A stretch of 64,000 nt of DNA from Selaginella moellendorffii (Eukaryota; Plantae; Lycopodiophyta), in assembly GCF_000143415.4 (NCBI RefSeq), contig NW_003314413.1, positions 186,001-250,000 of the forward strand. Reading direction: 5' to 3'. The position numbers were made by a program, and so were the translations under genes. Of the stretch, positions 39,138 to 51,128 are shown in pieces. Under the pieces are notes generated by a model. The model had not been told where the DNA came from and searched no databases. It was given only the letters and a program-made list of their open reading frames with translations. Every line of letters starts with the position of its first letter. The stretch's first letter is position 1.

Positions 39138-40099
39138 GCACATATAAGTGGAGAGATATGGAAAAGAATTCAGAAAATTTGGCAGTTATAAAAATAAGAT
39201 CTTGTGCATTGTATTGCAGCAGCACTTGGTTTGTTTTTGTTTTCTTAATATTTTACTATAATATATAATTTATACCAATAATAATAAAAAATGATAATTA
39301 TGATAATACACAGATGGATTTCTTTTGTGGGTTCAAGACATTTCTCAAGAGTTTAATCCACAGTGGGCCATGCTCTGGGCATCATTTGAGGTAACAAACT
39401 TGATCTCTATATTCTATTCCCGAGTTGATGGACAAAGACTCACTCCTCTCTTTTGTTTTCCTTTGCAGCTGAAAACAAGCATAACTACATTTCATTCATA
39501 GATAGAATGATCTTCTAACTTCCATCACCAATAATCCTAAGCACAAAATCAAGAGGTGTGAAGCAAGTAGATTGGACCTTTATTAGGCCATGCAAGGTTG
39601 GGTCCAGCTCCTCCCACAGTTGTACCTATAAGGTCCACATGTAAAATTACAATGCCATATACTATTATTTACATAATGGGATTTTAGTGGCTACCAAATT
39701 ATACCACTTTTAAATTAACATAAGTATGCATACTTCTGTATTCCTATACTGGTGATGATTGGGCACTTGCTTTTTGTGTAAACTCTTTAAATTTATCCTA
39801 TTTAAATTTAAGGGCACTTAACTCTTACTATTCATGTGCCTTATCTTTAAACCCTTTTGAAGTCACTTCTTTAGTTGCTTCATTTTTTTTTTGTTTTATT
39901 TTTCTAAATCTATTATATAGATCATCATTATTGTAGAAATAACTAAGATACCCACAAGATTTTAATTATCAAAATGATAGCATGAGGCCATAAACCATTT
40001 TTTCTCTTCTTTATGTTCTTTGGTATGGTAATAGAGTCCTCTTTTGCAGCAATATTCTCCTTTATCTATGGATTAGTAATTCCTACAATTACTCAATGC

Positions 40100-40450
40100 T
40101 ATGTGGCTATAACTGAATAATTAAACTCAATTGATATTTGGTTTAAATCCTTTCCTTCCTACTACCAAACCTTTCATCTAATCAGATATTTTTTATGGGA
40201 ATCTCAGGAATGATATGTACCACTTATTTGACAGTGATTACTAAATATCATTCTTGGGATAATGCCTAGTGTCTATGTGAATTTCTTATTTAAGGATAGT
40301 GTTATAGTGTTATAGTGGTATAATAATTTAAAAGTAACAACTCATGGGGATTAAAGTTTTCATCTAGAAGTCCTTCAGCACTCATTTGAGCATTCTGACA
40401 AATGCAACAATGCTCTTTAGTAATTGCATCATCTATCACACTAGGAATTA
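40100..40450 (+). mobile_element. Old gag remnant of the short-LTR Gypsy family
   Basis: Similar to 42600-42870 (gggaatc..gatgatatgtac, ttgggat.atgc, attgcatcatct). Confidence 0.55.
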
Positions 40451-41013
40451 TGCTTATAAGTTTTTGAACTTAATTTATAAAGAAACACATATATATAGAA
40501 CCTTTGTATGTTTTTCTAAAAGTTGGTTTTAGAATGAATATATATGCTATGCATGTTTTGATATGTATCAAGTTCTTTTTGTAGTTAACTAATAAGTTGT
40601 TAATATTTTTTTATGTTTGTATATACATTTATATTTAAGTTTAGCATTTGTATTTTGATTAAATATTGTTTCCTACTCCTTTGGTGACACTCATGGGCCA
40701 ATTCCATACTAGAATGTGCAATCTAGTACCAGAGAGAAACTCAAAGAACTTAAAAACTTGTTGGCTTGATTCTTGCTAATTCCAAGTGATCATAACATCT
40801 AAAATAGCATAAACAAACAATATTTCAGCTCCCTATGGTGGAACAATTACTTTATTTAAGCAGCTCCACTCTTGAATATATGTTAGACAACTCTTCAGGT
40901 AATTCCCTAATTGAATGATGCATTTGATGGATAAGATATGACCTTTCATCAAGATCTTACAACACTAGCAGTAACTCCATCCCAACTAAACCTAGTCTTT
41001 ATACTACTATACT

Positions 41014-41111
41014 TTGTTATAAGCTCCTTTTGGCTCTTCATATATAGCTTGTTATAAGCTCCTTTTGGCTCTTCATATATAGCTTGTTATAAGCTTCTTT
41101 TGGCTCTTCAT
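41014..41111. repeat. 35-bp tandem repeat, ~2.8 copies
   Basis: Unit ttgttataagctccttttggctcttcatatatagc. Confidence 0.95.
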
Positions 41112-41189
41112 GTGCCAATTTGTAGCAACGAGGGAATAAAACACTAAAAAGTGCTAAATGTTGTAAATATAAATTTGGGTATCAAAAAA

Positions 41190-41680
41190 TATTTATTGAC
41201 CAATCACTCTTTGCTAAACACTCTTTTTTTATTGTCATGATAGCAAAGGATTGGTCCCTTTATAATTTCCACTTGAGCTAGTTGAGAAAATGGTTATTGC
41301 ATATGTATTTAAATTGGATAAATATAAGGTAGGAACCCCTATGTGTTTCTTGTTGAGCATACTCAATCTGGTCTGAGAAACTCATATTATTGGCTTATAT
41401 TTGATAATATCACAAACTCCCATTATGTGGAGTTTAGTCCCTCAATATTATTATGTGATAGTTTACTATATCTGCCAAACACCCTCACTATCATGTCCCA
41501 TGTGTTAGTCCCATTTCAGTTCCATATGCTATTTATGGTAGGTGTCTAAATCAACTCAAGAGGCATATCTACAAAATGTAGAGAGTGTTTTGAACATCAT
41601 AGTGTTGTTTTGGTGTCTTAAGTCGCAATCTACCACCATTCCATATTTAGTAAGTTTTCGAGTTTATCCCAATGTATGGT
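41190..41680 (+). repeat. Dispersed degenerate repeat, paralogous to ~45700-46225
   Basis: Shared ataaatataa..taggaac.cctatgtgttt, accctcacta.cat and cattccatatttagtaagttt..agtttatccca. Confidence 0.65.
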
Positions 41681-42114
41681 TTGACACTATTTTGCATGTA
41701 AAAGCTAGATATAGGGAGTTGGTGCTTGTAGAGGATATTGAGTGTGTATTAGACTTTTATTTTGTAGCATAACAAGTTTAGAATTTAACTTTAAATTTAG
41801 TTGCATTACATTAACTATGGGAATATGCCCTATAAAGCTACTAAAAAACTAACTAGTGTTGGCCATTACAATGCTAGCTATAGTGCTGGATGTGCATTAG
41901 CATGAGAAATAGATTATATAAAGAAATAAAACCCTAGGAATGACTTATCTTAGGTTTACTTTTAAAAATTAGACCTCTTTAACCGTTTTTAAAACTCCTT
42001 TTCTAACCCTAGTTTTTATAGTGACTATACCATAATTACTCTATAGTTTCTTATAAAAAAACACATCCTAAACTTAATCATCTAAAAACTTATATATACA
42101 CAAATTTTTATTAT

Positions 42115-44711
42115 TATGAGGTCTAAGTGTACGACTACGATGCCATATCCCAATATTAGTATAGTGGGATTTTGGTGGCTGTCAGATTGATTTCAATCCA
42201 GACCACTTGCTCCTGTATATAAATTAGGGTTTTTGGGCTAATTGATATGCATATTTTCTGTATTCCCTTTACATATTCCATGCACTCATATTGGTGAAGG
42301 TGAAGGGCACTTTTGATTGTCCCTAAAGAGTGCTTGGATTTGGGATTTTGGTCTAGATCTAGCTTTTGCATTGTCTAAATCTCCCTTTCTTTCTAGCTTT
42401 TTTCATTTCTTTTTTTTTTGCTCTTTCCTTTTCATTCATCTTCATGGCAAAGCAGCAATTTCCTCCTCCTTTGACCTTGGAGTAGCAATTAGTGCAATTG
42501 CTCGATGCTATGTGATTGCAATTGAAAAATCAAACTCAGTTGATGGTGGCATTCACGACACATGATACAGTTCCTCTTGCTCTTAGTGCCAATCTTCGTG
42601 TTCAGCCGGATTTCTTTTGTGGGAATCCTAAGGATGATATGTACTATTAGTTCGATCATTTTATAATGATTGGCGCATATCAGTTTTGGGATGATGCTCA
42701 ACATTTGCGTGAGTTTCCCACGTATCTCCAAAGGACAGCATTGCAGTGGTACAATAGTTTGAGTGTAGCCACTTGTAGGGATTTAAATATTCTCCCGGAC
42801 ATCTTTAAATGTGATTCTGGACATGCCAACAATTGTAATAATGCTTTTCAACAATTGCATCATCTTTATCAAGAACCATTTGAGTTGGTAATGCAATTTG
42901 GCATTTGTTTCTGAAGTCTCTTGCTTCGTGTAGAGTCAAATATGTTAGAGTGGATCAAGTTAGAAATGTTGTAGCCAGCACTTTGTCAAGATTTTGTAGG
43001 ATTTGTGTATGCACTTGCTCCAACCACCCTTGATAATGCCTTTTGCTTAGCATAATATTATAAAACGTTGCCTCTTCCACTTCTTGTTGCATGTTCTTCA
43101 GCTCCACTTCCTGTGGGAGATGGTCCTATTCCAATGGAGATTGATGTTGTTTCTACTCGAGTTCACGGATATAAGTGACGATGTGGCCGTGTTTGTGATG
43201 TCCGCTGCTGGGTGTGTGATGAAGTTGGTTACACTTATTAGCATTGTCAGCGTTTTTTGGATTGGTGGCCTCCATTTCCTGGATAGAGACCTTAGCATCA
43301 ATAATGTTTTATTAGTGCTGCTGTAGTGGAAGATCTAGACACTAAGATGCATCTAGGAAACAAGGAATCATATGAGTAATAAAGGGACCTTGCATGAATA
43401 AGTTAGTGACCCCTCTATTTTTCTTTTGAGAATATCATTAAGAGGTTCACTCTTCATCTAATGTTTACTTTCTAAGCTCGTTTTTATAACAAAAGGTCTC
43501 TTATTATTCTCTTCGTGTTGGTTGATACAGGTTGAGTTTATCTTTTATTGCTCGACCTATTACCACACATTGCTGTCCATATTTACATTGTGTAGTAGAG
43601 CTAATTTTCATTCTTTATAGTAATGGCCATACACATGTATATGCATGGGTGAGGTGGATCTAGTTGTGCATATGGGCAATCTTGAGCTTGGATTGCAGTC
43701 ATTATAGGTGATGCCAAGTCAAGCTTTTGACCTCATCCTTAGTATTGATTAGTTATAGTGTGATCATGCTAAATATGATTTTGAGGTTTCTCCCTTTTAT
43801 CTTATATTTTCTTATATTTCATCCATTCTTCTCACTTCCATACCTTTTCATCCCTTTGCTTCTACCTCTGCTTTAATTACTTTTGTCTCCCCATTACTTC
43901 TTTCTATATTTCCATCTTATTCCACTCTTTTGTTTTTCAATCCCTTTGACAGTCTTTGTATTGCAGCGGTTGACTAGCTCATGAAGGAGTATGCCGATCT
44001 CTTTGAATTTAATTTATCATTTGAGGCCAAGATTACCACACATCATCTGATTCCAACCGAGGGTGCTCATCCAATCAAGGTTTCTATTTGTCGTTGGTCA
44101 CCCAAAGAGATCAAGATTTTATGTGCAAACGTCAAGAAAATGTTGGAAAAGGGTGTCATTTGAAAGTCGCAAAGTACTTCGGCATATGAATTTCATCTTG
44201 TGATGAAGTATAATGGGAGTATTCATTTTTGCATCGACTGTCATCCATTAAATGAAGTAACAATCCCGAATGTGTACTCTCTTCCTCACACTGCTGATCT
44301 CTTGGATTATCTAGGGAGAAATCATTAGTTCACCAAGCTAGATCTTGCTTTTGGGTATTGGTAAGTACCAATGGCCAAAGAAAATATTTTTAACACTTCG
44401 TACAAAAGAACCAAGAACAACTAATACCATCTATAGATCTACCAATGTTTCCTTATGATGTTCCTCCAAATCCTAGCCCATTTACGAGGGAACTCTGATA
44501 GTCTTCTATTATTCCAAGAGGAGGGGATGATAATAGCTCCAAGTGTACAGTTATTATGGATTTTGGTAGAGGGATATTAACATAGAGGGATTTTGGTAGC
44601 CGTCGGATTGGGTTCAATCTAAACTATATGCTTTTGTATATAAGGTACGGTTTTTGGGTTAATTGATATGCATATTTTTTATATTCCTTTTCTATATTCC
44701 ATGCACTCACA
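42115..44711 (+). mobile_element. Internally deleted Ty3/Gypsy element A: LTRs 42115-42290 and ~44531-44711, PBS 42291-42310, polypurine tract (PPT) ~44516-44527, 4-bp TSD TTAT
   Basis: Gag (ALQWYNSL, PIPMEID), protease LVDTG, RT start (MLEKGVI, FCID..PLN, FTKLDL..GYW); similar LTRs ending cactca(c/t)a; ttat on both flanks. Confidence 0.85.
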
Positions 44712-44879
44712 TTATGAGTTTTGAAATAAGCTTAAGCTTTTTTAAAATTATATATATTTTGATATAAATTTGTGGAAGAACTTTTAAGGGTTATTTGAGT
44801 CAAATATATAATCTAGTGTTTTTATTTAAAGCCTTTTGCTTTGTGTTGAGTTAAATATGTCAAACTAGATCAAGTTAGG

Positions 44880-45620
44880 CATGTTATGGTCAAAATTTTA
44901 TAGGGTTTATGCATACACTTACTCTAATAACTTTTAGCAATGCTCAATATTAGCTACTGCAACACTATAAAATATCACTTCACCCATTTATAGCTGGATA
45001 TTCTCTAGCTCTATTTCTCATAAAGGATAATCTTGCTCTAATGGAAGTTGATGTTTTTACTACTATTATTCAAGGACTATAATTAGGATATAGTTGTGCT
45101 TGTGGAGTTCACTATTGGGTGCAAGACAAGCTTGGCCACACATATCATCAATGTTTATGTGTTCAAGGATAAGGATGAAGATGTGGGTATGGTTGTTGTG
45201 TTCACTATTGAGTGTAAAATGAGTTTAACCACACATGTCATCAATGTTTCTTGAATTGACATTCATCATTTCCTAGGTGGAACAACATCCTATTAATGTT
45301 GTTGTTATGAAATGACTTGACAAAAAAGTTCTTTAGAGAAATATGAAATTAAATGAGCAATGGAAAGTCTTTGTGCAAATAAGTCAATAACCCACCATCA
45401 AAGGGTATATGTGGTACTAGTTCACCCATTTATCTTTTATTGTTTAGCATATTACTATATGTTATTGTTTGCATTTACATCATGCAGTAAAACTAATTTT
45501 TATTCTCTATAGTAAAAACTGTATATATGCATATGCATGGAACAAATAAACATAATTATGCATATGGGTGATTACAAGTTTGAGCTTCAATCATTGTAAG
45601 TGGTTCTTAATCAAGTTTTT
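44880..45620 (+). mobile_element. Old gag/protease remnant of the same Gypsy family
   Basis: Similar to 42960-43750 (taatggaagttgatgt, ctaatttt.attct.tatagt, gcatatggg). Confidence 0.55.
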
Positions 45621-46428
45621 GATTTTATTGGTGTTTAATCAAGCTTCAATACAAATGCACTTATAACAAATATAATTGCGAATATTAAAAGTTACTTGTT
45701 AGCAAATCCTTTTAAATATTCTTCTTTTATTACCATGATAGTAAGAAGTTGGTATTATTGGCTCCCTTTATCAACCCCTCTTATTCAAATGTTAACAAAC
45801 TAGGCTTAACATTTGTACTTAGCCAAATAAATATAAAATAGGAACTCCTATGTGTTTTTTGGCTTGGCCTAGCTTTTAATTCTTTTTTGCTATGTCTTGT
45901 ACTAGCTTGATAAGAACCATTATATATTAAATATTATTCCCTAAATATCACTATATGATAACTTATTATATCCAATAACCACCCTCACTAACATACTCTA
46001 TACTTCTTCAGTTTTATTAGCTATTTATGGATAGTATCTAGATATGCTAGTGAGGTATATTTGCAAAATGTAAAAATTATCCTGAACACAATATTGTTAT
46101 TCTTGTGTCTAAATTCGCAATCTAATGTCATTACATATTTAATAAGTTTTTGTGATTGTTCGTCCCGTGTCCAAATTTGCAATCTAGGGACATTCCATAT
46201 TTAGTAAGTTTCAAGTTTATCCCAAAGATTAACTCCTAATGCTAAGGGTGGCTAAGGGTGAAAGCCCAAAGCATGTGTTCCTTAAAGAGGGGTTGCAAAT
46301 GTATAGTAGGGATAGTAAGTAGGTTTGATATGGCTAACCAACCTAAGATGTAATTTAGCTTCTGTTTGCATGCCTGTCTTTGTTTTGCGTCTGGCTTGAG
46401 TTTAAGCCCAAGTTTCATACCATGCTAG

Positions 46429-46623
46429 TGTAAGCAACCAAAGGGAACGACTCGAGAGACGATCCGTTGGGGTTCAAATATAGAGGGAAAGGGCCCATGA
46501 ACAAGAGTGCACCCCCTTTTCCAATCGGTTAAGGGTCTTGGGATATTTGGAGTTAAGCGTCCTTGGGTTTGAATAGTACTGGGCTGGGTGACCTCCCGGG
46601 AAGTCCAAACTCAGGAGCTTACA
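46429..46623 (+). mobile_element. 195-bp solo LTR of a Cassandra-like, 5S-bearing element
   Basis: Termini TGTAAGC...GCTTACA, perfect 5-bp TSD GCTAG (46424-46428, 46624-46628), internal 5S-derived segment. Confidence 0.88.
46551..46606 (+). promoter_or_regulatory. 5S rRNA-derived internal Pol III promoter (box A, IE, box C region)
   Basis: AGTTAAGCGTCCTTGGGTTTGAATAGTACTGGGCTGGGTGACCTCCCGGGAAGTCC aligns without gaps to the recalled plant 5S rRNA nt ~50-105. Confidence 0.9.
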
Positions 46624-47999
46624 GCTAGTTGATGGAGTACCCGTATCCTTGTGTTAGGCCATTGATATGCTGAAATAGTGTCAAACTCCATTTAACTCCA
46701 TTTTACATACTGGTCTTGACATTGGGATGCTAGATGCTCTAGGATTGTTTTACGTCACTTTGTGTTCCTATCTCTTCACTCCTTGGGCTGTATGCTTGGG
46801 AGTTATTCTGTGCTTCAATGCCATCATTCCTTGGCTTCATGCTTAGGAGTTTAGCTCCGCTCCCTCATTCATTGGCTTAAGGCTTTGAAACTTGGGTTCT
46901 ATTCTGCTATCCTTTGGATACGTTGCATGTGGCATGTGGCATATGACATATAGCACATAGAGGGTTTAAGTTCCACTTCTATAGTAAATCACCATAAGAT
47001 AAGGTAGAAACCATGTGCATTACAACTGCCCTTAGCCCACGTGTCCAAGGGTTATATGTCACTTCAATTATCCTATAGTAAATCAGTATAGAATAAAGGG
47101 TGAAAACCATATGCACATCTTTATACAACTTAAATTCTTGGTATCATCTATTGTCAAATCCTTTAAATCCATCAAATATATAGTTACTAACTCAATCACA
47201 CCTTTCTTTCCATCTAGCAAAAATATGAACTAGCTTTGATCACAGAGTGCAATTCATAAATTCTGTAAAAATCATATCCAATTTTCATCATTCTCCACAC
47301 CAACTTTGGTTGTTTGTTGACAACCACCAAAGTTGATGCTAAAGGAGCATTATATCCTTTAATATTTTGGTTAATACCCTTTGGGATACATTCCATCCAA
47401 CATAACCAAAAGTCTATAATACTAAAAACTATATAGAGATATCCTTTTGTAAGGAAGTGTAATTGCCAAAATTACTTATGATGAGTTTTTGGTAGTAAGC
47501 TGTAAGTGTAGTATATGATCACTATGAATCTTTCAAGTAAGTTTTCTTTCCCTTGCCATATTATGCTTTTAGTTTTAATACTAAACTCTTTTATTAAATT
47601 TTGTTGAATTCTATTGATAATTCAAGTGGAAGAAGCATCTTTATTCTCTAAATGCATGGCTTTACTATATTTATGATTTTTCATGAATATTTTGATAGAG
47701 CAAGTTGGCTCTTTCTCCAATATTAAAGTATAAAGCCTATATAAACAATTTTTATTTTTATAACATCTTTTATTATCCATTGCAATTACAAAGAGGTCAA
47801 AGAATTTATCAATAGTCTTTTTCTTCACTACCTTTCAAATTTCTTTCATTGGGTCAAAATAGTGTAATTGTTATCACCCATAAAACCCCAAATCTGCCCT
47901 AATCCAAAAATATTTGAGAGCATTCTATTTGAAAGTTGCTAGGAGCTTTTTTATAAACAACTAAAACTTCATAAGGGGTCTTTTTGGTTTGCTTCTGTA

Positions 48000-48232
48000 G
48001 GGGAATATACCTAGAATAATTTTGGATATTCTAGGATATTATACCCATTATTCTTTTAGATTAATCTTGTATTTATAATTTATAAAGATATTTATAATTT
48101 AAAAACTTTCTTAAATACTTACTAGTATATTCTAATTTATTCTAACATCTAATGGTTGAAATTCAATAAGATTAATCTTGTGTTTATAAATTATAAACAT
48201 GTTTATAATTATAAACTTACATTTGATCAATT
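48000..48232 (+). repeat. AT-rich dispersed repeat, copy 2
   Basis: Matches 38715-38905. Confidence 0.7.
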
Positions 48233-48479
48233 GTAGTCTTATAGCTAACTACTGCAAAAAAATCATCATAGAGTTCAATGCTGCAAAAACCTGGTGGTAG
48301 ATTTGTACAGTGATGCCAGTTTCAGATTAAAAACCTTTATATGTGAATGTAGAACAAATGCTACATTGATCCAAGGCTCTACTTTCCAATTGTCGGCAGG
48401 CATGAGACACTCTGTTCGCTGGTGTATGGTGCTGTTTTGGTCTAATGAATCTGTCCCTTATATGATCTTGACTGGAATT

Positions 48480-48900
48480 TTTCCAACTAGAATCCATCAT
48501 TCATCCAGCAATGGCTGAATCTTTTCTATGGATTCCAACAACTGGTAATCTTTCACATGAAATGCTACCTTCTATGCATCAAGAACCATCTTCCATGTTT
48601 AACTCCTTGGCAAAGACATCAACTTCAGCAGCACAGATAATCTCATCTTTAAACTTATGATGTATGGGTTTCAGCCTCTCAAAAGCTTCACAGTGAGCAT
48701 GGTCAAGGCTGATCCAGTCTTGTCCAGGCAAGGTCTTGGAGGCCGCAATTCTTGCTTAAATTCAATCGTATTCTTGAGTTCCCTGTCCTTGTGAACCACC
48801 ATGTAAATTATGGCATGCCAGATTGGTCCCCTCTCATCGTCATCAAGGACGAAATTGGGGTCCCATTAGGCCCTCTCTATGAACTCTTCATTATTAATCC
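48480..48900 (-). pseudogene. Second remnant of the unidentified gene family
   Basis: Colinear with 32700-33040. Confidence 0.55.
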
Positions 48901-49712
48901 TAGCTAAGAGATGAAGACGACAGACATTTTAGGGCCTGTCAAAGTTGGTGGAAGGTCTGTGCGATGGAATGGTTTTCCTACGAGAAAGTCTATAGGCAGC
49001 TTCCTGTATTTTAATTTTTTTTTCTTCAAACAGGTAACTTTGACGCCGCTGGGATTAAAAATTCAGTTGGTCGCCTGGGGTCAACATTTGTGATCGTGTG
49101 ATGAGCAGTGTTGGGTCAACTGTCGTGCTCAAGAATAACTACAGTAAAAAAAACGAACGACTAGGACTATGGATTACGCGGCACTACATTTCTTCCTTCG
49201 TGGACGACATAGAAGTTTCGATGGGCTAAAGAGTGAGAGAGCAGTAAAGTTTGGCGTGCGCCCAAATTTCTTCCGAGAAGGCTGCGGAGAAAATGTACTC
49301 CATCTTCGGAGCTAGAAAAAGATCACGCGATCATGAGGCAAGCCCTACAAGGAATTCGTCGCCGCTGTTCCAGAGAGATTGACGATTCCAGCCAACCAGC
49401 AGTAGCACGACTCCTCCTATAGCATCGTCATCACGGATGATCGCAGCGAATCGTTGTGGGTCTGATTCTCTTTCGAAGCATCGATCCATCGTTTCGACCA
49501 ATTGGGATCGGTGCTCTTGGATCGTTTCAATCGATTGCTTAGTGCCGTGTCGACGGGCACACTTAACAGCCGACAAGAACAGAGCAGTCAGTGCTCTTCC
49601 TCTTTCGGGTATTGGTGCGAGAAGTTCCAATCCATCGTCATCAATGGAAAACAGATCTCACCTCCACACCCACCAATTCCAATCGCCCATCAAGCACCAA
49701 TTCCACCAGTCG

Positions 49713-50903
49713 ATGACCACCATCGCCACGTTCGCGCTACTGCTGCTGATAGGAGGAGCAATTCTCTCGCCCGCGGAGGGATTCTCCGATTTCCACAACG
49801 CAACGTCGCCATTCCTTCCCAGCCCGGGCCCGGAGCCACCACGATTCGACTCCAATTGGCAGGGATTCGGCTCCCCCTGGGACGATTTCCGGTCGCTGCT
49901 CGACGCGCACAAGGGGCAGATCAAGAGGTGCGAGAAGCTGCCACAGCTCAAGCGCTACCTCCAGGAATTCGGCTACACGAGCTGGGAGGAATTCACGCCC
50001 GACTTTGACAACCAGACCGAGGCCGCGATCAAGCTCTATCAATCCAACTTCGGCCTCAACGCCACCGGGACCCTGGATGAGCGCACCATCACGCAGATGA
50101 TGAAGCCGCGCTGTGGCGCCGCCGACGTCGTGGATGGCATCTCCGCCATGGCCAGGAGGAGATCCAATTCGTCGAGCAGCCGCTTCCTGGACGGAGCCCG
50201 AGGTACAGTCCGAGGAGGCCGAGGTCCCGGGCTCGGTGTCCGCCACTACTCGTTCTTCCCAAACAGCCCAAAGTGGGAGTCGCGGCAGCTCCTCACGTAC
50301 GCGATCGATGCCTCCGCGCCCGCCGTGACGGGCATCGCCGCCGCGGATCTAAGCGCGCTCTTCGCGGACGCGTTCGCCAGCTGGGCCGCCGTGGTGCCCA
50401 TCAACTTCACCGAGATCCCCAGCTTCGCGCTGGCGGACATCCGGATCATCTTTGCGCACGGCGAGCACGGCGATGGCCGGCCATTTGACGGGATCCTGGG
50501 CGTCCTTGGGCACGGCTTCTCGCCCGAGGATGGGAGGCTCCACTTCGACGCCGCCGAGACGTGGGCGCTGGACGTGTCGAGCTCCTCGTCCAGAAGCGCG
50601 GTGGATCTCAAATCCGTGGCGATACACGAGATCGGCCACATCCTCGGTCTCGGCCACTCGGCCCTGGAGAGCGCAGTGATGTATCCCAACATCGGTGCTA
50701 GGGAGGTGAAGCTCGAGCTCCACAGCGACGACATCGAGGGCGCCCAGATGCTCTATGGCGCAAACCCTAACTACGATCCCAATGCCAGGACCGAGACGAG
50801 GAGCCAGCCAGAGAATGGGATCCCTTCCAGCGCGGCATTCCCATCACAGCATCGCTCCATCCTCTTCACCATCGCGATCGCTTTGTTCGTCTTCCTGGGT
50901 TAG
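49713..50903 (+). CDS. MMP: Matrix metalloproteinase (matrixin, M10A), intronless, probable GPI/TM anchor; alternative ATG at 49644
   Basis: Signal peptide, LKRYLQEFGY, cysteine switch PRCGAAD, HGDGRPFDG, HEIGHILGLGH, Met-turn VMYP, hydrophobic C-terminus. Confidence 0.95.
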   Translation: MTTIATFALLLLIGGAILSPAEGFSDFHNATSPFLPSPGPEPPRFDSNWQGFGSPWDDFRSLLDAHKGQIKRCEKLPQLKRYLQEFGYTSWEEFTPDFDNQTEAAIKLYQSNFGLNATGTLDERTITQMMKPRCGAADVVDGISAMARRRSNSSSSRFLDGARGTVRGGRGPGLGVRHYSFFPNSPKWESRQLLTYAIDASAPAVTGIAAADLSALFADAFASWAAVVPINFTEIPSFALADIRIIFAHGEHGDGRPFDGILGVLGHGFSPEDGRLHFDAAETWALDVSSSSSRSAVDLKSVAIHEIGHILGLGHSALESAVMYPNIGAREVKLELHSDDIEGAQMLYGANPNYDPNARTETRSQPENGIPSSAAFPSQHRSILFTIAIALFVFLG

Positions 50904-51128
50904 GACTTTTTGTGTTACCCGCCATTCATCATTTTTTGGGTGTAAATATATAAGCATATTCTTTCGACTATCGAGCACATTCTAGTTTAGGGTTCATGGA
51001 AACTACTGAGATCTCGGCCGTTGGTTGCCTGGACGACATCCGTGAAGCCTAGGGTTCTTCGATTTGGAAGAAGGGTTTTGGGCGGGCTTTGGCGGCTCGG
51101 GTGTGCGCAGTCGCGGGCAGGGGACGAG

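Larger units (their letters stand above)
46240..46800 (+). mobile_element. Degraded LTR fragment related to the chromovirus LTR, split by the solo LTR
   Basis: gggtgaaagcccaaag..gtatagtagggatagt and gtacccgtatc..tgttaggcca match 59085-59160 and 59354-59380. Confidence 0.65.

Noticed and set aside
41014-41111. CRISPR-like 35-bp repeats
   Set aside because: Head-to-tail with no spacers; eukaryotic DNA.
43785-43967. Ogre-like intron between protease and RT in element A
   Set aside because: Pyrimidine-rich and ends in tgcag, but the element is too degraded to show frame restoration; could be a decayed linker.
46551-46606. Functional 5S rRNA gene
   Set aside because: 5' half and 3' end of 5S are missing, there is no T-run terminator, and it lies within a TSD-flanked LTR.
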